Shown here: positions 39,489-48,900 of the stretch, in pieces
Layout of the letters: each line of letters starts with the position of its first letter
How positions within the stretch are numbered: position 1 is the first letter of the stretch
Assembly (NCBI GenBank): GCA_031263985.1
Contig: JAISER010000039.1
Location: forward strand, 1 to 56,994
Direction: 5' to 3'
Length of the DNA: 56,994 nucleotides
Origin: Clostridiales bacterium
Lineage (GTDB): Bacteria > Bacillota > Clostridia > Lachnospirales > JAISER01
Program-made: the position numbers and the translations under genes
Notes under the pieces: model-generated
The model's database searches: none
Told to the model about the DNA's origin: nothing
The model's input: the letters and a program-made list of their open reading frames with translations, nothing else

Positions 39489-39513
39489 TGTCTTTAGGAA
39501 AGGGCGTTACGTT

Positions 39514-42144
39514 ATGAAGAAAGAGATGGCGAAAACATATGATCCTACGGCCGTGGAAGACAGGCTTTACGCTATGTGGCTTGAGCGCGGTTATTTTCGC
39601 GCGGAGGCCGATACGTCAAAAAAGCCTTTTACCATAGTCATGCCGCCTCCGAATATAACGGGACAGCTTCACATGGGACACGCCTTTGACTGCACGTTAC
39701 AGGATATCTTGATACGATGGAAACGCATGGACGGGTATAACGCGCTTTGGATTCCCGGAACGGACCACGCCAGCATATCGACGGAAGTCAGGATAGTTAA
39801 CAAGATGGCGGAAGAGGGGCTTACCAAGGCCGATGTCGGGCGCGACGGGTTTTTAAAACGCGCGTGGGAATGGCGCGAGGAATACGGTGGCAGGATACTT
39901 AAACAGCTCCGTAAATTCGGCAGTTCCTGCGACTGGAGCCGTGAGCGGTTTACAATGGACGAGGGGCTTTCGAAGGCCGTTTTAGAGGTTTTTGTAAGAC
40001 TCTATGACAAGGGGCTTATTTATAGAGGCGAAAAGCTGATTAACTGGTGCCCGAAGTGCCGTACGACTATCTCTGACGCGGAGGTAAACCATGTCGATAG
40101 GGAAAGCTGGTTTTATTATTTTAAATATCCGATCGAGGGGACGGATGAATTTTTGACGTTCGCCACGACCAGGCCTGAGACTATGCTTGGCGATACGGCT
40201 GTGGCGGTTAACCCGAACGACGAACGGTACGCTAAGTTTGTGGGTAAGGCGGCTGTCATGCCTGTTACGGGCGTTAAAATGCCTGTGATAGCTGATGAAT
40301 ACGTGGATATGGAGTTTGGAACCGGCGTCGTTAAAATTACGCCCGCGCATGACCCCAATGATTTTGAAGTAGGGGAGCGGCATAATTTAAAGCGCGTGAA
40401 TATAATGAACGATGACGGGACGATAAACGAGAACGGCGGAGCCTACGCTGGCATGGACAGGTACGAGGCTCGTGAAAAGATTGTGTCTGACTTCGAAAAG
40501 CTCGGGCTTTTTATGAGGAAGGAAGAGATCCGAAACGCCGTTGGGGTTCACGAACGCTGTCAAACGGTCGTGGAGCCGCTAATAAAACTTCAATGGTTCG
40601 TAAAAATGGATCGGCTCGCAAAGCCGGCCATAGAGGCGTATACATCGAAAAAACTGCGTATAATACCGGAGCGGTTCGGAAAGATTTACCTTAACTGGCT
40701 TGAGAATATACGCGACTGGTGCGTGTCTCGTCAACTTTGGTGGGGCCATAGAATACCGGCTTATTATTGCGAATGCGGCTTTACCGTCGTAAGCCGCGAG
40801 CGCCCGGAAAAATGTCCGGAATGCGGCGGTTCGGCGCTCACACAGGACGACGACACGCTTGACACATGGTTCAGTTCAGCCCTATGGCCTTTCTCGACGC
40901 TTGGCTGGCCTGACGAAACGCCGGAACTTAAGTGTTTTTATCCGACTGATGTGTTGGTTACATCTTATGACATCATATTCTTTTGGGTAGTGCGCATGGT
41001 GTTTTCGGGCATTGAGCATATGGGCGAGCAGCCGTTTAAGGACGTTTTCATACACGGACTCATACGCGATTCGCTTGGGCGCAAGATGAGTAAATCGCTG
41101 GATAACGGCGTGGATCCGCTGGAAGTCATCGAAAAGCACGGCGCCGACGCGCTGCGCCTTACCATAGTCACGGGAAACTCGCCGGGCGCTGATTCGAGGT
41201 ATTACCCCGAAAAGGTGGAGGCTAGCGGACATTTTTTAAATAAACTGTGGAACGCGAGCCGTTTCGTCCTTATGAACGTCGGGGATGACGATGTCGAAAA
41301 GCCCGGAGAGCTGACGCCGGCTGACAAGTGGATACTGTCGAAGGCGAACGCTCTTATAACCAAAACGAACGCGCATATGAACGCTTATGAGTTGGGCATG
41401 GCCGTGTCCGGCATACATGATTTTATCTGGGATGAATATTGCGACTGGTACATTGAGATGGTAAAGGTAAGGCTCAGGGACGACGAAACGAAAAGCGCCG
41501 CGCTTTGGACGCTTAAGCGAGCGCTGACGATCGCGCTTAAGCTTCTGCATCCGTATATGCCTTTTATAACGGAAGAAATTTTTCAGAGTTTGCGCCCGGA
41601 AGAAGAGAGTCTAATGATTTCCGCGTGGCCGCGATATGACGAAAATTTTAATTTCCCTAAGGAAGAGAAAGAAATAGAGCTTATAAAGGAGGCGGTGCGC
41701 GGCGTAAGGGCGCTTCGCAGCGATATGAACGCGCCTCCGTCTAAAAAAGTCCATGTTACAGTCGTTTCAAAAAACCGGGAAACGCGGCGCGTGTTTGAGG
41801 ATGGGCGGGCTTTTTTCGCTATGCTCGCGGCCGCGTCGGACGTGGAGATCGTTTCGGAAAAAAGCGCGGAAGGATGCGTGACGATAGTCGTTCCGGACGC
41901 GGTAGTATACATGTCGGCGGCGGAACTGACGGATAGGGAAGCGGAGATTAAGCGTTTGGAAAAGGAACGGGAAAAGCTCGCGTTTGAGGTGACGCGCGTT
42001 AAAGGCATGTTAGGTAACGAAGGGTTCGTTAAGAAAGCTCCCGCGGCGCTTATTAAAGAGCAGGAAGAGAAGATGGGCAAATATTCGTCCATGCTTGACA
42101 GCGTGGAGGCGCAAATTAAAAGCTTGCGGCTAAACGCTCCGTAG
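39514..42144 (+). CDS. valS: Valine--tRNA ligase
   Basis: PPPNITGQLHMGH, ATTRPET, DWCVSRQLWWGH, KMSKS, C-terminal coiled coil. Confidence 0.97.
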   Translation: MKKEMAKTYDPTAVEDRLYAMWLERGYFRAEADTSKKPFTIVMPPPNITGQLHMGHAFDCTLQDILIRWKRMDGYNALWIPGTDHASISTEVRIVNKMAEEGLTKADVGRDGFLKRAWEWREEYGGRILKQLRKFGSSCDWSRERFTMDEGLSKAVLEVFVRLYDKGLIYRGEKLINWCPKCRTTISDAEVNHVDRESWFYYFKYPIEGTDEFLTFATTRPETMLGDTAVAVNPNDERYAKFVGKAAVMPVTGVKMPVIADEYVDMEFGTGVVKITPAHDPNDFEVGERHNLKRVNIMNDDGTINENGGAYAGMDRYEAREKIVSDFEKLGLFMRKEEIRNAVGVHERCQTVVEPLIKLQWFVKMDRLAKPAIEAYTSKKLRIIPERFGKIYLNWLENIRDWCVSRQLWWGHRIPAYYCECGFTVVSRERPEKCPECGGSALTQDDDTLDTWFSSALWPFSTLGWPDETPELKCFYPTDVLVTSYDIIFFWVVRMVFSGIEHMGEQPFKDVFIHGLIRDSLGRKMSKSLDNGVDPLEVIEKHGADALRLTIVTGNSPGADSRYYPEKVEASGHFLNKLWNASRFVLMNVGDDDVEKPGELTPADKWILSKANALITKTNAHMNAYELGMAVSGIHDFIWDEYCDWYIEMVKVRLRDDETKSAALWTLKRALTIALKLLHPYMPFITEEIFQSLRPEEESLMISAWPRYDENFNFPKEEKEIELIKEAVRGVRALRSDMNAPPSKKVHVTVVSKNRETRRVFEDGRAFFAMLAAASDVEIVSEKSAEGCVTIVVPDAVVYMSAAELTDREAEIKRLEKEREKLAFEVTRVKGMLGNEGFVKKAPAALIKEQEEKMGKYSSMLDSVEAQIKSLRLNAP

Positions 42145-42242
42145 GAAAGCGGTAAACCCGGTATAGTCGCTTCAGCGGTTCGCGTTTCTCATTGAGCGGC
42201 AATGAGGAAACGAGCGCGGGCGACGTCTGTGATCTAGAGGAT

Positions 42243-42364
42243 TAATACTGAATTCAGTTTGAAACATAGCGTAGTCGAACCAATGGGTTCGGCGAGGTTT
42301 CGCGACGAAGCCCGGCGTGAAAAAGACCGTTCGGACGGTTATGGTTTAGACTGAGTTTGGCGTA
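42243..42364. mobile_element. MITE-like element, family A (internally deleted)
   Basis: Reverse complement aligns with 3522-3612 and 3658-3685; TA at both ends. Confidence 0.75.
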
Positions 42365-42457
42365 AAGTGAAAAATTTAAAGGGTATTGTGTTTATATGTG
42401 GATAGAGTGTATAATTGAAGGAGAGATTGACGGAGCTTTTGCGGGAGGTGAGTTAAG

Positions 42458-42595
42458 GTGATTGATTTTAGGGAGGAAATCGCTAAATATAAACCTATAA
42501 TGGAAATGGAGGACGTCGAGGCGTCCATACAGTCGGAAGAGACTCGCGACATAATGGATTTGCTTCAGTATATAACGAAACGACTAAGCGCTTAA
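42458..42595 (+). CDS. Unannotated 45-aa acidic small protein upstream of the TPR gene
   Basis: RBS GGGAGGTG, GTG start; MIDFREEIAKYKPIMEMEDVEASIQSEETRDIMDLLQYITKRLSA*; upstream TTGTGT-N18-TATAAT; ends at the next gene's RBS. Confidence 0.75.
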   Translation: MIDFREEIAKYKPIMEMEDVEASIQSEETRDIMDLLQYITKRLSA

Positions 42596-42611
42596 GAAGG
42601 AGCCGGCGGCT

Positions 42612-44015
42612 ATGTTATGCCCAAATTGCTATTATGAGTTGGAACAGGACGATTTAGTATGTCCGAAGTGCGGCGTTGACGTCGACTTGTTCGCCATGAC
42701 CGCGGGAATATCCGACAGGTTGTACAACGGAGGGCTTGCGCGCGCCAAAGATGGAAACATGTCGGGGGCTGTCGAAGACCTTAAAAAAAGCGTCGGGTTC
42801 AATAACCGCAACATAACCGCGAGAAACTTGCTTGGTCTTGTATATTTTGAAACCGGACGCATAGGCGACGCTTTGGCGCATTGGGTCATTAGCGCTTCCA
42901 TTATGAGAGAAAACAACGCCGCTGGAGAATATCTTGACCGTGTGCAGAAAAACAGTCGCGAGCTTGAGCGTTTGAATGACGCGGTAAAGATGTACAACGG
43001 CGCGCTTGAATATCTGCGTCAAAAAAACGATGATATGGCCATTATACAGCTTAAAAAGGCGCTTGAAATAAATCCGGGGTTTGTTGATGCCTCCAATATG
43101 CTGGCGTTGTGCTATTTTATACAAAGAGACAAAGAAAAAGCGCGAATATATGTCGAAAAAGCGCTGGCTTCGGACAGTGGCAACGAGATCGCGCTCCGGT
43201 ACTATAAAGAGCTGTTCCCGTCGAAAACGCGTCCGGAACCGGTCAATATGGTTAAAAGGCCGCAGCGCGCGGTCAACGCGCATAATTTTTCGGCCATATT
43301 GCCTAAAGATAAGCGCAGTTTTGGCGGAACGTTTCACATAGCTGAGATTATATCCTTTTTGATAGGCGGAGCGTGCGTTCTGGCTATAGCTTATTTTTTG
43401 GTCGTGCCAGGTATAGTGCAGTCAAAGGACTCTTCCTATGAAAAAATGTTCAGTAGTCTTAACGCTGAGATATCGTCGGGCGAAGCCAGGATTAGCGCGT
43501 ACGAAGAGCGGGTTTCGGAGTCAGCTGCGCTGATAGAACGGCTTAGAGTCGAAAATGAGGAATATTCTCGTCAAGCTTCGCTGGAACGCCGTCTCGCTGA
43601 AATTGACAGGGCGGAGGCGCTGTTGAACGATGAGGACGACGCGTTAGGGGCGGCGGAGATACTGGCGGTTTTGGACATGACCGACATGACGGCGGAAGCC
43701 ATGCAGCGCGCGGCGGATTTAAAGATAGAGTCGTATCCCGACGCGGCGAGGCTATTGTACGACGACGCGGTGCGAAACTATAATCAGGAAAACTATCAGG
43801 AAGCGACGAGGTTTTTGGAGAAATGCCTTGTTTTTATAGACGCGGACGCGAGTTATATGGCCGGGGTCGTTTACCACAGAGGGCTTTTGGCGGAGCGTTC
43901 AGGCGATTTAACCGCAGCGAGGGGTTATTATGAAACGGTTATGGATCGATATTCTAATTCGAACTTCTTTACGCTCGCTCGATCAAGGCTTAATTCACTG
44001 AGCGACGAACGGTGA
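42612..44015 (+). CDS. Zinc-ribbon/TPR membrane protein
   Basis: N-terminal CPNC...CPKC, several TPR motifs, central TM helix, coiled coil, C-terminal TPRs. Confidence 0.85.
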   Translation: MLCPNCYYELEQDDLVCPKCGVDVDLFAMTAGISDRLYNGGLARAKDGNMSGAVEDLKKSVGFNNRNITARNLLGLVYFETGRIGDALAHWVISASIMRENNAAGEYLDRVQKNSRELERLNDAVKMYNGALEYLRQKNDDMAIIQLKKALEINPGFVDASNMLALCYFIQRDKEKARIYVEKALASDSGNEIALRYYKELFPSKTRPEPVNMVKRPQRAVNAHNFSAILPKDKRSFGGTFHIAEIISFLIGGACVLAIAYFLVVPGIVQSKDSSYEKMFSSLNAEISSGEARISAYEERVSESAALIERLRVENEEYSRQASLERRLAEIDRAEALLNDEDDALGAAEILAVLDMTDMTAEAMQRAADLKIESYPDAARLLYDDAVRNYNQENYQEATRFLEKCLVFIDADASYMAGVVYHRGLLAERSGDLTAARGYYETVMDRYSNSNFFTLARSRLNSLSDER

Positions 44016-44060
44016 CTCATTTTCCCCGACGGTCTGACGCATGGAAAGGAAGTCCTTGCC

Positions 44061-44417
44061 GTGAGCATACAGTTGATAGATGACGCGAAAATAGCCGCGT
44101 ATCTTATGTGGGAGCTGAGCGGTTACGATTATCCGCTTAGTCTTTGGCGCTGCGCGGAAGATATAGCGCGTTTTTTCAATCGTTCGGGCATTACGAATGA
44201 AAAAGACGCGGTTGACATTTTGGATAAAGGCGCGAGTGATGAAACATACATAAATTTTGTCAAGAATATCGCTTTTCGCGTTTATATACATACCGATAAC
44301 GATGACCGCGATTTTAATTGGTTTTTATCCGAACGGCTTATTAAAAATCCGGAATGGCGGCGGGCTGTCGTCGGCATGGCCGCGGCTTACGGCGTCAAGG
44401 ACGACGGGAAACTATAG
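44061..44417 (+). CDS. Hypothetical protein with two DUF2934-like motifs
   Basis: IAAYLMWELSG...W..AE.I and IAFRVY......NW..SE.L; RBS AAAGGA. Confidence 0.55.
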   Translation: MSIQLIDDAKIAAYLMWELSGYDYPLSLWRCAEDIARFFNRSGITNEKDAVDILDKGASDETYINFVKNIAFRVYIHTDNDDRDFNWFLSERLIKNPEWRRAVVGMAAAYGVKDDGKL

Positions 44418-44422
44418 AAACA

Positions 44423-44549
44423 AGACTTGTCCCGGAACCTGACTCCGGCGTCTACGCGGCGGATTTTCCATAATGCGGCGTCAGCGATATCCATGCCTTG
44501 CGAAAAATCCGCTCGTGAATCCGCCGAAGTCAGGTTCCGGGACAGGTCT
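44423..44549. mobile_element. MITE-like element, family C
   Basis: 28-bp TIR AGACTTGTCCCGGAACCTGACTCCGGCG, 26/28 match to the other end; inner IR GCGGATTTT/AAAATCCGC. Confidence 0.75.
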
Positions 44550-44710
44550 AATATGTTTGGAGCGCGTCATGCGTCATTACGCGCCAGATAAAAGGACAAA
44601 TTTATATTACGCGAGATCAGACCAAGCGCGGCGCAAGGCGTAAATATTGTTGTATAGCTAATTGGGCGCGTCTCGCTAACGGCGCGGATTATGAATTAGG
44701 AGGACGCATT

Positions 44711-45064
44711 ATGGAAGACAAAAAAAATTTTTTAGGGGTAAGCGATAATGCCCTGAGCGTTTTAAGCTATCTCTTCGGATGGGTTTCAGGGCTAATTATC
44801 TTTTTGGTTGAACAGGACAACAAGAAGGTTCGCTTTCACGCGTTGCAATCGACCGTATGGTTTGGGGGACTGACAGTCGTTTTCTTTGTACTCCGATTTT
44901 TGGGCGGGATACCGTTTATAGGCGGGGTATTCGGGGTTATTTCATCCATACTTGGGTTGCTTGCGACCGTTTCGTGGATAATACTTATGATAAAAGCTGG
45001 AAAAGGGGAAGAGTTTAAACTGCCTGTCATAGGCGACGCCGTGGCGGAGCAAGTTAACAAATAA
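44711..45064 (+). CDS. DUF4870-type small membrane protein
   Basis: LSYL.GW..GLI, VRFHA.QS, IKA..GE.FKLP.IG; three TM segments; RBS AGGAGG. Confidence 0.85.
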   Translation: MEDKKNFLGVSDNALSVLSYLFGWVSGLIIFLVEQDNKKVRFHALQSTVWFGGLTVVFFVLRFLGGIPFIGGVFGVISSILGLLATVSWIILMIKAGKGEEFKLPVIGDAVAEQVNK

Positions 45065-45082
45065 TTAATAATGCAAAACTTG

Positions 45083-45117
45083 AAAAAAAGAGTCGGTAAA
45101 AACCGGCTCTTTTTTTT
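45083..45117. terminator. Bidirectional terminator between convergent genes
   Basis: A7-GAGTCGGT-AAAA-ACCGGCTC-T8. Confidence 0.85.
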
Positions 45118-45125
45118 GTTTAAAT

Positions 45126-45287
45126 TTAACGATAGCCGCCCCAGCCGCCGAAACCGTAATTGTTCCAATAAGGGCGTTCCCAGAGACCGCGCCATAAACG
45201 ATTGCGACCCCAAATTTCCAATCCTCCGCCCCAAAACCCGCCATACGCGCCGGGCCAGCCTGAGTATGGATAACCGCCGAAGAACAT
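45126..45287 (-). CDS. Unannotated 53-aa Gly/Trp/Tyr-rich peptide
   Basis: RBS AAGGAGGTG; MFFGGYPYSGWPGAYGGFWGGGLEIWGRNRLWRGLWERPYWNNYGFGGWGGYR*; ends at the bidirectional terminator. Confidence 0.8.
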   Translation of the reverse strand: MFFGGYPYSGWPGAYGGFWGGGLEIWGRNRLWRGLWERPYWNNYGFGGWGGYR

Positions 45288-45322
45288 TTAAGCCCACCTC
45301 CTTCCCGACATTTGTATGCTAC

Positions 45323-45352
45323 ATATTATTCAGACTTGCGATTTGTTGTGAC
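45323..45352 (-). promoter_or_regulatory. Putative mother-cell (SigE/SigK-type) promoter of the 53-aa ORF
   Basis: Minus strand GTCACA-N16-AATAATAT. Confidence 0.45.
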
Positions 45353-45399
45353 AAGCTTTGCGATAAACTTTTCAAAAAGAAGGCGGGGGGCGCTTCTAA

Positions 45400-45547
45400 A
45401 GAGCGGAAAAGAGCTTTGGAAGTGTCTTTCCGGTCTTTGCTTAAAAACGGAGCGAAGCGAAGTTTTTAGCGTAAAAGCTTTTTGAGGGAGGTATGGAGGG
45501 AACTTTTTCTCGAAAAAGTTCCCTCCATTAAAGAAGTCTTCTGAAAA
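45400..45547 (+). repeat. Single dispersed copy of the ~179-bp REP-like unit
   Basis: AAAAACGGAGCGAAGCGAAGTTTTT...GGAGGGAACTTTTTCTCGAAAAAGTTCCCTCC. Confidence 0.8.
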
Positions 45548-45904
45548 TAATATCCCCAAGCGCTTCAAAATCCCTTTTTTAGCCTGTACGCGCGCTCTAA
45601 ATTAGGGAAAGGTTTCGCCGATATATATCATGACGCAGTAGCCTAAGTATCGGAATCCTTGGCGCATAGCCCGTTTAAAAAAGGGGAGGCGATTATCAAA
45701 TGAAACTTAGCGTAACGCTGACGTCTCAAAAAGACGCGAGCGGTCGTCGAAAAGTTGTACATCCGCCAATAACGGCGATTTCGCGACATCCATTTTTTTG
45801 CTATTTTTGTCAGAATAGCTTTTTTTTAAGCGGATATTCTAATCATAATGCTGAAAAAGCCAAATTGCCCAGTCGTGCCACAATATAAGAAAGAGGTGAC
45901 TGTC

Positions 45905-48900
45905 ATGTTGCTGCGTGATAAAAAATCAAAAAGGCTCTTAGCGTTTTTTATCGCATTCGCGATGATTTTATCGGATATAACCTTTATGCCCAAAAGCGCG
46001 TCAGCGGCGCCCGAACCTGGGTTTTTACTTACTATGACCAATATGCCTAAAAGGAACGGCATCAAAGCTGAATGGAACGATATAAGCGCGTCGCACGGCG
46101 GGCAAGACTTCGGGTACAGATATTACCAAAGAATGCTGACCGACGGAGAAAATATGGAGGAGAGCCTAAAGCCGGAGTGGGAATTAAGGAGCGCGAAATA
46201 TGGCAGGCCGATAAAAGTCCTCGTGATATCGCCGAACAATACTAACGTTCAGCAGTGGATGAAGAACGATATTCCAACGGTTGATCCTTATAATTTGATG
46301 AATATGACTACCATAAATCAGACTTATTTCGACGGTCTTGTCGATCCCGCGAGCGCTTTGAAAGATATAAACGGCAAGTACAACTATGACGTGGTAGTCC
46401 TTGGCACGGAGAACAGGAACGGCGGTATCAGCTACAGTCCGAAGAACGCTAAAACAGTCCCGGCCATCAGAGATTTTCTACAATCGGGACGAGGCGTATT
46501 GTTTGGTCATGGCAGCTTTTCAGAATACGAGTATGTGACGAACTTGAAAGACGACCAAGAGCTTGACTGGGTGTACACCGGCACCAAGGATCATTTCGGA
46601 GATAAATGGATGTATACGGCGTTACGCCATTATATTGGCGTTATAGCCGACGGTTCGCTCAAGCATTTCGCGCATGAAGGACCTCTAACCACCGGTAAAA
46701 ACAGTTATATAAAAATTGTTGAGCCAGGGTGGCTGCTGAGGTTTCCGATCAAATTACCGTTAGAAGGCGTGCTGCAAGTGCCGGACACCCATGTTAACAG
46801 TTCCATGACAAAAGGCAGAATATGGATGAAATTTACGGATGATAAGGGAAATCTCAGCAATTACTCCGAAAAAAAAGAAACCGATGACAGCAAACTGGAA
46901 TTCAGTGACTTTAGAAGTGTCCTTTATAAGCTGGAATATCTGCATGGTACTAGTTCGGAGAAGAAAAATTTTAGGGACCTCTACCTGATACCAAACAATT
47001 TGTACGGCGTTGGAGACAAACAAGTTATGTTTGACGACGGCGAAGGGAACGGAATAGCTGAGTATCACAGCAATTATTTTCTCTCAACGTATAATAACGC
47101 GGCTACGATACAGACGGGACACTCCGACGAGAAAGCTACCAACGCTGAGCGCTCGATCGTATCCAATACGCTTTTTTATTTGGCCCAGTTAACCTTTGAC
47201 ACGAATCTTGACGACTTTTCGGCGATAGATTACGCCGCGCCGTCGCAGCCTGCGGTTACGCTGTCGGATATCAATAACGGCAAAGTGATCGCAAAGATCT
47301 CTTCGCAGGATCAAGGAACGTGGTATGAGGGCAGAGTCGAGGCTTCGGGTCAGAGTAACGGCGCCCAATATGAATCGAACGTCGCGCGGGAAGAGACCGT
47401 AAGCGGCGTTCGAGGATATTATGTCAAAGTGTCGACGTCGCAAAACTACGACCCGTATGACGCCACTAAGACGGGGGATAATTTTGTCGGGCAGGCTGAC
47501 GGGGTTAACTATGTTGAATCGCAAGTTGATGAGTCCGTGGCCGCGAACAGCTACATGCACGTGCGCGCGATTGACTGGTCGGGCAATTTAAGCCCGGTGT
47601 ACAGCGTTAAACTCTCCGACATAATTTATAGCGTAAACGTCACTGTGTTGGATGACGACAACGACGCGCCCATACCCGGCGCTATCGTTCGCATGCTTGA
47701 AAAAACGCTTTATACGGAGCAAAACGGAACCGCGCGCATGACCGCGGACAAGACAGGTTCGTACGTCGTTATGGCCGCCGCGAGCGGTTACGCGCCTAAT
47801 TCGGCGTCGGTGGTTTTATCGGGCAATTCGGCGAGTTTGACGATTAGGCTTAGCAAGACGCCGTATGGCTTTATTTGGGGTTGCGTCAGAGACACGACGG
47901 GGCAGCCTATCGCCGGCGTGGAGGTGAGCCTTCCGGGCGTCGGCCTCACAGGCGAAACGGACGGAGCGGGGTATTATTATATCAGCAATGCGCCGACGCC
48001 CGCGACATATACGATATTGGCGTCCAAAAGCGGATATAACGGCGGCTACGCCACAGGTCTTACGTTAGAAAGTCAGGGGTATAAAAGAAGAGACTTTACG
48101 CTTACCGAACAAACAGGTTCGAATAACGCGTATATTGTTAGCGGCAAAGTCACGGATGTTGACAGCGCGGAGGCGCTTGAGAACGTTAGAGTCAAGGTGG
48201 ATAACGCAGTCGCGTTTACCGATAGCTACGGATGGTACGTTACGGGTTATCACGACGCGGGAGATAAAGTCGTCGCGGCCGGCGCCACGGGCTATCGGGA
48301 CCTTTATGTAAACACTGCCGTTTCAATCGTGTCAAGCGATGTCCGGCACGATCTCACGCTCAAAAAGGATCAAGGGCTTGGCGAAGTGGAAGTAACGGTA
48401 GTTGAAAAGGGAACTACGATTCCTATCAGAAACGTTAACGTGTTTTTAGGCTACTCAGGTCCGTTCGCCACGGGTAATGACGGAAAGGTCACAATAAGGG
48501 AGATAGCCATCGGCAGCTATACGATGAGAGCCGAAGCGGGCTATTATAACGTAGGCTATTATAACGCGACCAGCTCGTTAATTGAGTTCGCGCAGGGCGA
48601 ACCCCCGAAAACCGCTACCATTGAAATGGAGCCGGGAACTTTGGGCGCCATGTACGGACGCGTAATCGACAATGCGACGGGCGCCGGAGTGGACGGCGCG
48701 ACGGTTAAAACGATGACCGGTCAGACGACCGTGACGAACGCTCAGGGCTATTATATACTGCCGGATCTCGAAGGCATGAAGTATTATTCAGTCATGGCTT
48801 CGCACACGGACTACAATACGTCCGCGGCCAGAGCGTTTTTGAATCCTTCGGCCTATACGACGCAAAACTTTTATATCAACGCCATAGACGGAACCCCCGA

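Noticed and set aside
44836-45469. ORFs 44836..45297 (-) and 45071..45469 (+)
   Set aside because: They cross a bidirectional terminator or a repeat; the RBS-supported 53-aa frame (45126-45287) explains the region better
45560-45900. c-di-GMP riboswitch upstream of the giant adhesin
   Set aside because: Only fragments (GACGCA, CCTAA) are present; the paired architecture and tetraloop/receptor could not be built
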